A stretch of 64,000 nucleotides of DNA from an uncultured Christensenellaceae bacterium (lineage in GTDB: Bacteria; Bacillota; Clostridia; Christensenellales; UBA3700): contig CALWHF010000001.1 of the NCBI GenBank assembly GCA_944380305.1, positions 75,600-139,599 of the forward strand, written 5' to 3'. The position numbers and the translations under genes were made by a program. How positions within the stretch are numbered: position 1 is the stretch's first letter; each line of letters opens with the position of its first letter. A model generated the notes under the pieces. The model did no database searches. It was not told where the DNA came from and worked only from the letters and a program-made list of their open reading frames with translations. Below, one piece after another: positions 47,727 to 54,828 of the stretch.

Positions 47727-49034
47727 TTATCTTTCCGCCTCAAACAGCATGAAACCGAGAGTAAAGAAGAAGTCGTCGGCGAGAAAAGCGTCTTCGAGCG
47801 CGTCGTAATTCTCATCCATCCATTTTGCGTTCTCGGCATACAAAGCGTTGTCGGGATACTTTTCCGTCAGCATGTCGAAGTCGTTTTTGATAAACGAAAA
47901 ATACGTCATAAACAGAGCCTCTCTTTCGTCGTAATTCATAGACGAAGTATCCATACCGCTCTTTACCAGCCTGATATTTCTGAAACCCGCCTTATGCAGG
48001 AGCCCGAAAATCTGTCTGCCACTGTATCTGTAACCCGCAAGTTCGTTTTTCAGGCAACAGTCCATGGCGTGTTCGAAAAGCCCGTCGTTGTCGGGATAAG
48101 CGATATTCAACCCGTCGTCAATATCTTTAACGATTATCTTCGCCGACGGTTTCAGAAATCTTCGCACGGTCTTGAGCAGTTTCAGCGGATCTTTCAGATG
48201 AAGTATCAGCATCGATACGTTCACTACGTTGAAATCGGATATGCCGTATTTCTCGCAAAAACCTCTGATATTTTTCTCGAGGTCGTCGCACTCAAGACAA
48301 CATTCCTCGAAACATATCTTGTCGCTGCCGTATTTTTCGTTAGCCTTTGCGACGGCTTCGGCATTGCATTCAAGTCCCAAAAGACATTCGACGTTTTCTT
48401 TCGCCCCGAGCCTGTTCATAACGAAATCGCCGTTATTACAGCCCAGATCGAGTATCCTCATCGTCTGTTTTTCATTTGCTATCTTGTCGTAAAGAGCCTT
48501 GTCGAACGACTCCAGCAAAGTCTGCTGTATCTTCAGCCTCTTTTTCTCTTTCTCGTCGGCGTCGTCGAAATACATATTCGTTTTTCTCTCGATTCTGACT
48601 TCCTCTTCCTGACGAGCGGGTTTTATTATGGCTTTAATCTTGTGTTTGAGTTCCTGCACCGCGTTTTCGACGCTCTGCGTCGTAGCGTCTATCCAGTGCA
48701 TACGCTTGACGTAATATTCCATGGCTTTGGACAGATCTTCGTTGTCCAGCCTGAGCGGCAATATCGTCAATTCACCTTCCTTGTCGATAATGCGTTTGTA
48801 CGCCATCTCTACTTCGTTGAGAACATGCGGCGACCTCGACGACTCATTGTTGAGCAGTACGACAAACACGCTTGCCTCGTCTATCGCGCTGACTATGCTC
48901 GTTGCATAATCTCCTATTACGTCCCTCGGGGCGTACCAACATCTTATGCCGTCGTTTTCGAGTTCGGCGCAGATCCTGTCTACTATCGACTTCAGGCTGT
49001 GTTCGTAACTCAGAAACACATCTGTCTTTCCCAT
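47727..49034 (-). CDS. TIR domain fused to a class I SAM-dependent methyltransferase
   Basis: Start chosen at ATG 49034 (GGAGG 5 nt upstream); the track ORF extends to 49097. The N-terminal ~135 aa are DVFLSYEHSLKSIVDRICAELENDGIRCWYAPRDVIGDYATSIVSAIDEASVFVVLLNNESSRSPHVLNEVEMAY, a TIR pattern including the conserved Glu. The C-terminal part has MTase motif I ILDLGCNNG, an acidic post-I residue (LGLECN), and LKPSAKIIVKD. Confidence 0.8.
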   Translation of the reverse strand: MGKTDVFLSYEHSLKSIVDRICAELENDGIRCWYAPRDVIGDYATSIVSAIDEASVFVVLLNNESSRSPHVLNEVEMAYKRIIDKEGELTILPLRLDNEDLSKAMEYYVKRMHWIDATTQSVENAVQELKHKIKAIIKPARQEEEVRIERKTNMYFDDADEKEKKRLKIQQTLLESFDKALYDKIANEKQTMRILDLGCNNGDFVMNRLGAKENVECLLGLECNAEAVAKANEKYGSDKICFEECCLECDDLEKNIRGFCEKYGISDFNVVNVSMLILHLKDPLKLLKTVRRFLKPSAKIIVKDIDDGLNIAYPDNDGLFEHAMDCCLKNELAGYRYSGRQIFGLLHKAGFRNIRLVKSGMDTSSMNYDEREALFMTYFSFIKNDFDMLTEKYPDNALYAENAKWMDENYDALEDAFLADDFFFTLGFMLFEAER

Positions 49035-49102
49035 ATCTTCCTCCGTATCCCTGCCTTTTGCCTTGCGCATACGCACGTTTTCAACGCACACCTGCAAATA
49101 TA

Positions 49103-49131
49103 ATTATATTATCGCTGATTATTATTGTCAA
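49103..49131 (-). promoter_or_regulatory. Consensus sigma-A promoter for the TIR-methyltransferase gene
   Basis: On the minus strand: TTGACA (49131-49126), an exact 17-nt spacer, then TATAAT (49108-49103). The -35 box lies inside the 7-7-7 palindrome TTGTCAA-n7-TTGACAA (49125-49145). Confidence 0.6.
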
Positions 49132-49268
49132 CGACAATTTGACAAAGCTTGCCACAACGATAGTGCGACGGATCGCGACATAAAAAAGCGGCTTCGCGCC
49201 TTTAATGTTTTTCGTCTCCTCATGCGAGATCGTTCAGCTCGTCTGCGGTGATTTTGTAATTTTATAAG

Positions 49269-49637
49269 TCATTTTGATATAACAAGTTCACTACAAGTTG
49301 TTTCCATAACCTTCATCGCTTTGCCACTGTAAGTTTCGCTCCTGTACCACGCCGTGAATTTCATTTTGCCGTCGATATTCCTGACCGAAACGTCTATGGC
49401 TGTATTTTGCATCTTCAGCGTTTTTTCTGGCGCACCCATATTCGATGCGTATTCCGAAAGCAGTACGGGCTGAAACTTTTTCATCGCCTCCTGACTGCAA
49501 TCGAACTCTATCGTGAAGTAGTAGGTGTCACCCGCCCTGTAAACGCTGTCGTTGTACGTTTCGGCGAGACACTCCCTGTTTTTAGCTCGTAGATCGTCAA
49601 TTTTTCGGCAATGAAATAGTTTTATTTTCCGCATCAC
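49269..49637 (-). CDS. Hypothetical protein
   Basis: 122-aa ORF with non-repetitive composition and no recognisable motif. The RBS is weak. It lies upstream of the TIR gene promoter. Confidence 0.45.
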   Translation of the reverse strand: MMRKIKLFHCRKIDDLRAKNRECLAETYNDSVYRAGDTYYFTIEFDCSQEAMKKFQPVLLSEYASNMGAPEKTLKMQNTAIDVSVRNIDGKMKFTAWYRSETYSGKAMKVMETTCSELVISK

Positions 49638-49891
49638 CCGAGAACGACGCGAATTCGCCCCATTTTTTCACCTAGTATTCTACGTCTCCAAAGTCGACGC
49701 CTTTCGAATCGGTATTGATCAACTCGAAAGCGTTCTCGTCGTCGAAATAATACTTGACCGCAGAAATCATATCCGCTACAACACCGTCGCCACGCGTTAT
49801 CTCCTGTTCGCCTCGGATGCAAGCGCGGTTTTCTGCAAACAAAACCGCATTACGTTACAAAATACGGTTATAATAAAATGCCGTTACACAA

Positions 49892-49916
49892 TAAAAAAGG
49901 AGCCCGCAGGCTCCTT
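49892..49916 (-). terminator. Rho-independent terminator after the phosphoesterase gene
   Basis: AAGGAGCC-cgca-GGCTCCTT stem with a T-run on the minus strand. Confidence 0.7.
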
Positions 49917-49924
49917 CAGCTTTT

Positions 49925-51091
49925 TCAGTCAAGCGGAACATGCTCGTGCCGCACGTTCGTATTCTCGCCTATCGTAAAGACAGTTCCGCCGTTGATGTCA
50001 TCGTCGTTATAGCACCTGTCTCCCGTCTTGAGAGCGTATGTCAGTCTGACGCCTTTGTATAAAAGCGAATAGCTGTTGACGTGATCATGGCCTGCGAAAA
50101 CGTATCTCGTGCTGCCCTCTTCGAGGATCGCATCGAACATTCCGCTGTTCTTCTTACTGCAACAAACGTCTTCTCTGATCTCGCCGAAAAATCCGTATTC
50201 CTCGCTCTTTCCGCTGAGAAGATAATCGCAATACGCGATATAATATTCGGGCAGGGCGATATGTATGAACAGCGACGATTCGGGCATCGGCGCGCCTTTT
50301 GACGCGTTGTACTGCGCCGCCCCGCGCACGCACCAGCGATACCACTCTATCTGCGCGGGCTTGATATAGTCGTAGTCGTGACCAATCTGCCTCGTCTTCA
50401 GATTGCCGTCGGAATCACGCTCGAGCTCGAAATCCGAGTCCAGCTTATACGAATATATTTTCTCCTCTTCGGGCAAATCGTCGAAATCCGCACCGGCACC
50501 CGAATCCATCATAATCAGAGATTCGACGATAACGTCGCCTTCCATGATGTTTATGACGTAATTTCCCACTCCGCCGATATTTGCAGGACCTTTTTTGAAC
50601 AGACAATATTCGGACGCCTCGTATTTTTCAGCCGCCGCATTGAGATCTACGTTGCCCTCTCCGTCGTGATTGCCGTTTATCGGTGCCCATGGAATTTTGA
50701 AACTGTCCATCAGTTCTATAAGGTCTTCGATCGAATATTTGACGAACGGAGCCCATATCTGGTCGCCCGTCATGGTTATAAGATCGGGTTTGACGCGCTC
50801 AACGAGTTTCCTTATCGTATTTTCGGTATCCTCTCGTTGAAAAATATCGAGAAAATCGTTATATTGTATATCTGTAAGGTTGAGAATAACAAAATCCTTT
50901 CCGGGTTCTTTCTGCAACGTGAAGGTATCGTTAATATCGTACTCCATACCTGCCTCCCATACTTCCGTACCAGGCGTTCCTTTGACTGCACTCAGCGCAA
51001 ACGCGGCAGCGAGCGAGCCTACGAATATCACGATAACGCACAAAACGGATATAAGGATAATCAGTCCCTTGTTCTTTTTCTTTTTTGCCAT
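49925..51091 (-). CDS. Membrane-anchored calcineurin-like metallophosphoesterase
   Basis: Start at MAKKKKNKGLIILISVLCVIVIF (ATG 51091, GAGGA RBS). Motifs are GDQIW, NGNHD and GHDHVN. The track ORF extends to 51238. Confidence 0.8.
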   Translation of the reverse strand: MAKKKKNKGLIILISVLCVIVIFVGSLAAAFALSAVKGTPGTEVWEAGMEYDINDTFTLQKEPGKDFVILNLTDIQYNDFLDIFQREDTENTIRKLVERVKPDLITMTGDQIWAPFVKYSIEDLIELMDSFKIPWAPINGNHDGEGNVDLNAAAEKYEASEYCLFKKGPANIGGVGNYVINIMEGDVIVESLIMMDSGAGADFDDLPEEEKIYSYKLDSDFELERDSDGNLKTRQIGHDYDYIKPAQIEWYRWCVRGAAQYNASKGAPMPESSLFIHIALPEYYIAYCDYLLSGKSEEYGFFGEIREDVCCSKKNSGMFDAILEEGSTRYVFAGHDHVNSYSLLYKGVRLTYALKTGDRCYNDDDINGGTVFTIGENTNVRHEHVPLD

Positions 51092-51336
51092 GGTGTCCTC
51101 GGTTGTTTGTCGTATTCCTTGTCCGATCCGACGCAGATTGTATGCATAGATAACGCCTTTTGATATATTATAGCACAAAATCGACAGACTTTCAATCCCG
51201 AAGGTGTTTTTTTCGAAAGCGTGACATCTCCTGACCAAAACCGCACATCACGCGGCAAGAACAATTTTTTTATTCAATCCCCGTCAAAATCCTTGCCAAG
51301 AAGCTCGATGCTGTGCTATAATCGCATTACTCGCGT

Positions 51337-51413
51337 GGAGGCATAGCCCAGTTGGTTAGAGCGCATGCTTGACATGCATGAGGTCACAGGTTCAAGTCCT
51401 GTTGTCTCCACCA
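51337..51413 (+). tRNA. tRNA-Val (anticodon GAC)
   Basis: Hand-folded. The acceptor stem is GGAGGCA/TGTCTCC (one G-T pair). The anticodon stem CATGC/GCATG carries loop TTGACAT. The T arm is ACAGG-TTCAAGT-CCTGT, and the 3' end is an encoded ACCA. Confidence 0.85.
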
Positions 51414-51414
51414 A

Positions 51415-51456
51415 AAGAAACCAAAATCGAATCTGTCGGTTTTGGTTTCTTTTTTT
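51415..51456 (+). terminator. Rho-independent terminator after tRNA-Val
   Basis: AAGAAACCAAAA / TTTTGGTTTCTT 12-bp stem followed by a T-run. Confidence 0.75.
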
Positions 51457-51599
51457 GTAGACCCGGAAGTTTAATCGCGCGCAAAAAGATGATCGCATTT
51501 CGAAAAAACTCAAATGCGCGCGGTTCAGAAAACGCAAGCAATAAGTCACGCCTTATGCTTCATTCCTCTTTGCGTTTTATTTTTGCGCAAGCAAAAGCC

Positions 51600-51653
51600 C
51601 CTGTTGTCTCCACCATACGCAAACAAAGTCGAACCTGTCTTTGTTTGCTTTTT
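51600..51653 (+). repeat. Second copy of the tRNA-Val 3' end plus a homologous terminator hairpin (att-like scar)
   Basis: CCTGTTGTCTCCACCA (51600-51615) is identical to the tRNA 3' end at 51398-51413. It is followed by GCAAACAAAG-tcgaacctgt-CTTTGTTTGC plus T5. That loop (tcgaacctgt) resembles the loop of the genuine terminator (tcgaatctgtc). Confidence 0.7.
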
Positions 51654-51740
51654 CTTTTATCACCTTTTTGCAGGCATAGAAAAAGGCAATCCGAAATATC
51701 TCGGGTTGCCTTATTTCTTACTGTTCGGATATTATATCTT

Positions 51741-52358
51741 TTAGACTTTATCTTTTATCGCATTGTATTTATTCTGGATTCTTTCTCGTCTTCTCCATAC
51801 GTTGGAGCGGTCTATTTTTAACGTATCCGCTATTTCAACAAAGCGCATACCTGCTATATAGCAGTCCAGAGTTTGTCTTTCACCTTTGGTCAGCTTCATC
51901 TTGCGTATTATCTTAGCACACTTTCTGAAGGATTCTTCTAAATCTTCCTTGAAAAACTCCTGTTCGTAGCAATCTGTTTTTATATAGATTTCTCTCGTAT
52001 TTCTGTTAAAAAGCCATCTCTTGTAAATCTCGTTGCTAACGACTCGGCTGCACAGTCTGTACAACGTAACAAGTTTACCTGTCTTCGGATCTTCGCATAA
52101 ATCCAATACGTATTCACCGAAATGCTCGCATAAAAAGCAAATTGCCGCCTGAGCTAAGTAGTATCCTTCCGTGATTATGTAGCCGGGCACGTTCTTGTAG
52201 TTAATATCCCTTACAAGTCCGACGTACACGCTTCTGGGTACTTTTATAAGCACCAATTTCTGCACCGTTTTCAGCGCAATAAGTTCCCCGATCTGCATTA
52301 CGTTACCAGGGGAGATCTTCTCCTCAAACACATCGTAACAGTTTCTTTTTGTTCCCAT
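51741..52358 (-). CDS. Sigma-70 region-4-like HTH protein (mobile-element-type small sigma/regulator)
   Basis: 205 aa. The C-terminus LTKGERQTLDCYIAGMRFVEIADTLKIDRSNVWRRRERI matches the sigma-70 region 4 / LuxR-like HTH pattern. The N-terminal part is unrecognised. Confidence 0.5.
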   Translation of the reverse strand: MGTKRNCYDVFEEKISPGNVMQIGELIALKTVQKLVLIKVPRSVYVGLVRDINYKNVPGYIITEGYYLAQAAICFLCEHFGEYVLDLCEDPKTGKLVTLYRLCSRVVSNEIYKRWLFNRNTREIYIKTDCYEQEFFKEDLEESFRKCAKIIRKMKLTKGERQTLDCYIAGMRFVEIADTLKIDRSNVWRRRERIQNKYNAIKDKV

Positions 52359-52728
52359 TTTCTTTACCTCCGAAAATAAATTTGCCTTTCGGCAGGCAAC
52401 AACGGAACATAAGCCGAATTGAGGTAAAGATATATTTTAGTCATTATCCGAAAGTCAACGGATAAAAAGAAAAATCCTGAAACAGGATTTTACGACCGTT
52501 TACTTTTGAGAGGATTATGCGACAATGCCAAACGAAAAGGCAAATTCGGAGGAAAAGAAAAGCCGTAAGACAAATTGAATTTAATCTGCAAATAAGATGT
52601 TCGGAATAAGGTACGCAATGAAGCGAAAAATAAGCGAGAGGCGAAAAGCGGAGAAATGCCCAAAGCGGTTCAGCGGGCATCTCCGCCCGCTACTGCTTTT
52701 CCGTTTTGCGACATTCCGAATCTGAGTA

Positions 52729-52795
52729 GGCGTGTGCTTGTCTGGCGGAGCGAAGCGACGCCACTTGTCATAGACAAGCACACGCCACGGTGCCA
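52729..52795 (+). repeat. 15-bp perfect inverted repeat whose right arm belongs to a 31-32-nt sequence repeated at 57102-57132
   Basis: GGCGTGTGCTTGTCT (52729-52743) and AGACAAGCACACGCC (52772-52786). CTTGTCATAGACAAGCACACGCCACGGTGCCA (52764-52795) recurs at 57102-57132. Confidence 0.8.
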
Positions 52796-52929
52796 TAAAA
52801 TAGTTTCATCTGCTTAACAATTATTATTGCTACGCTATGCAAGCTTATTATAAAATAAAGTAAATAGACATAGCTCACCTTGATTTTTAATTTTTAGTTA
52901 CATGTCTGCTATAATTGAAATAAATTCAG

Positions 52930-52948
52930 CTTTTACAGATTTTTATTC
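52930..52948 (+). repeat. 19-nt exact direct repeat, copy 1
   Basis: CTTTTACAGATTTTTATTC is identical to 63765-63783. Confidence 0.85.
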
Positions 52949-52966
52949 TGTTATGTAGGATTAATA

Positions 52967-53083
52967 ATGGTACTTAGTTATAAGAAATTATGGAAAATAC
53001 TTATTAATCGCGACATGAAAAAGAAAGATTTATGTGCTGCGGCAGGAATTAGCCATACTTCGATGTCAAAACTTGTAATGTAA
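52967..53083 (+). pseudogene. Truncated XRE-type HTH regulator (38 codons)
   Basis: My translation is MVLSYKKLWKILINRDMKKKDLCAAAGISHTSMSKLVM*. This is the first ~2.5 helices of the short Cro/C1-type HTH proteins common in Firmicutes, cut off by a stop. A tandem TGTAATAA TGTAATAA follows, then an abrupt AT-to-GC composition change near 53090. Confidence 0.55.
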
Positions 53084-53105
53084 TAATGTAATAAGCTACA
53101 ACCCG

Positions 53106-53200
53106 CGACAGCCGACCAATGCTCCCGCCACGCGGGCGACAGCCGACTATTGCTGCGGTCACACCGCTGACAGTCGACTAATGCTCCCCGTCACACGGGG
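53106..53200 (+). repeat. Three head-to-tail 31/31/33-nt units, each an 18-nt conserved box plus a covarying 5-bp hairpin
   Basis: Units lie at 53106-53136, 53137-53167 and 53168-53200. The boxes are CGACAGCCGACCAATGCT, CGACAGCCGACTATTGCT and TGACAGTCGACTAATGCT. The hairpins are CCCGC-cac-GCGGG, GCGGT-cac-ACCGC and CCCCG-tcaca-CGGGG. Confidence 0.85.
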
Positions 53201-53403
53201 CGAGGCGTTTAACGCAGTAGCTGCGAAAATTTGCCGATTTAAACTGGGTTCGTATTATTCAGGTCCGGTATTACGCAAACTTTGCGGCTTCGCTTACGCA
53301 TAAGCGGAACAAGTTGATAAGACGGGTTTTTTATGGGGAATTATTTGTCGTGTGGTATTGCCGGGCGACAGGTTGGCTCTGAGGTTAATGATCGAAAGAA
53401 TAC

Positions 53404-53432
53404 GGGCGCCGGATCCCGGCGCCCGCTTTTTT
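53404..53432 (+). terminator. Strong rho-independent terminator
   Basis: GGGCGCCGG-atc-CCGGCGCCC 9-bp GC stem, then GC and T6. Confidence 0.8.
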
Positions 53433-53618
53433 CACAGAAATCGAAATTTGATAATATACATTCTTATATGTCTGTCTAAGTCGTATAAAACAATCCGGAA
53501 AGGATTTCATTAGCGTCCGCTGCTGCCATTGCTAAACGAGTTGAGTAAGACATAAGATTATAGCGTAACAGATCTTTGAATTTCAAATTTCAAATATCTT
53601 CTTTTAATAAAAATCGTA

Positions 53619-54650
53619 TCATTTGCGTATATACTCATCGTTGTGGGCATTGCTTACAAGCCACATCTTAGCGACATAGTCGTCCGTAGGCCACATAGAC
53701 GCCGGAAGCGGCGATTCTCCGTTGTCGTTTTTACAATACCAACCGTTTTTATTCATAAACGTTGCGCTCTCGAGAGAAGAACAATACTCGAATGCGGCTA
53801 CTCCTATATATTTGAGATTTTCAGGGAACGTTATGCTTGTAAGTCCGGTATTCCTGAATGCGCCAGCGTTGATTTTCTCGATACTTTCAGGCAAAACAAC
53901 GCTTTCTAACGAGGTGCAGTTTGCAAAAGCGTAGCTGCCGATCTCTGTAATGCCTTCAGCGATCGTCAAAGAAGAATCTGAGCCGGTATAAGTCAATATC
54001 ACGCTTTCGTCATAGAGAGTATAGTCTCCTTCAACTGCGATCTTGGTATCTGCGACGTCGTCAATGATATTTCTCGCGTAATAAGCCGCATAACCGTTAT
54101 TTGTGCTGCCTGCCGTAAGAGAGATAGAAGATTTATTGACAATCTCCACCAGTCTGAAGCAACCGGCAAACGCACTGTCTCCTATGCTTTGCAGATTTTC
54201 GCCCAAGGTTACTCTTACGAGTCCTTCGCAATGCCAGAACGCGCTGCTTTTTATCGTGGTTACGGCGTCGGGAATAACGACTTCTTTAAGACCGATACAG
54301 GAATAAAATGCCTCATTTCCGATCTCGGTTACGCTATCCGGGATCACGACGCTTTCAAGATCGTAGCACTCGTAAAATGCCTGAACGGCAATTGACGTAA
54401 CTGCTTTGCCGTTGACCTCGGCAAGTATCGTTACGCTTGTCAAGTCATCAGTACATTTGTAAAACTGATAAGTTCCGTCATCGTTCTTTTTGTAAGTCAA
54501 ACCGTCATTTTTCACCCAAGTATCGTCTTCTGTAGAAGTATCATCCTGGTCGGAAGCAGGAGTACAAGCGACCGCAAACATCGCAAACGCCAACACAACG
54601 ACCACTGCGAGTACGGTCAGAAGAAATACCGATCTTCTTTTTTGCAACAT
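53619..54650 (-). CDS. BspA-type leucine-rich-repeat surface lipoprotein
   Basis: Signal plus lipobox LLTVLAVVVVLAFAMFAVAC. It has repeated ~23-aa LRR_5-type units (IPDSVTEIGNEAFYSCIGLKEVVIPDAVTTIKSSAFWHCEGLVRVTLGENLQSIGDSAFAGC...). Confidence 0.8.
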   Translation of the reverse strand: MLQKRRSVFLLTVLAVVVVLAFAMFAVACTPASDQDDTSTEDDTWVKNDGLTYKKNDDGTYQFYKCTDDLTSVTILAEVNGKAVTSIAVQAFYECYDLESVVIPDSVTEIGNEAFYSCIGLKEVVIPDAVTTIKSSAFWHCEGLVRVTLGENLQSIGDSAFAGCFRLVEIVNKSSISLTAGSTNNGYAAYYARNIIDDVADTKIAVEGDYTLYDESVILTYTGSDSSLTIAEGITEIGSYAFANCTSLESVVLPESIEKINAGAFRNTGLTSITFPENLKYIGVAAFEYCSSLESATFMNKNGWYCKNDNGESPLPASMWPTDDYVAKMWLVSNAHNDEYIRK

Positions 54651-54828
54651 AAATCATATCCTCCTTTCAAACGACTGTCCGCCGTTTTTTATTGATAATT
54701 GGATTTTAGCAAACCAAGTGCTAAAAAAGTGCTAAAAACCCAGTGTTCATCGAAGATTTTTTTATTTTTTTTGCAAATTGCGAACAAAAAATTTGACGGA
54801 AGTCTCTGCACGAATGTAAAATTTAGTT

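Noticed and set aside
45482-49874. 12-bp inverted repeat ATTATAACCGTA / TACGGTTATAAT flanking the TIR islet (45482-45493 and 49863-49874)
   Set aside because: It is tempting as islet boundaries, but it is only 12 bp with no extension on either side, and it lies in AT-rich DNA where such matches arise by chance. It is not strong enough to call terminal inverted repeats.
51316-51821. ORFs of 77 and 150 aa overlapping tRNA-Val and its duplicated 3' end
   Set aside because: They run through a tRNA gene and terminator hairpins, have no RBS, and have low-complexity translations.
53106-53200. Is the tandem array a CRISPR array?
   Set aside because: There are only three units, the period is 31 nt, and the conserved part (18 nt) is too short for a CRISPR repeat. 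The variable parts are self-complementary hairpins rather than spacers, and there are no cas genes in the window.
53090-53432. Retron msr/msd or TnpB/IscB omega-RNA-like non-coding RNA
   Set aside because: There is no reverse transcriptase, TnpB, IscB or IS200/IS605 transposase ORF nearby on either strand. The idea is kept only as a generic structured-RNA hypothesis.
54700-54745. Tandem AGTGCTAAAAA AGTGCTAAAAA, and a 12-mer CAAACCAAGTGC shared with 57147-57158, as possible regulator sites
   Set aside because: A 12-mer match is expected by chance many times in 64 kb. The 11-nt tandem is a single duplication in an A-rich leader, which is insufficient evidence.
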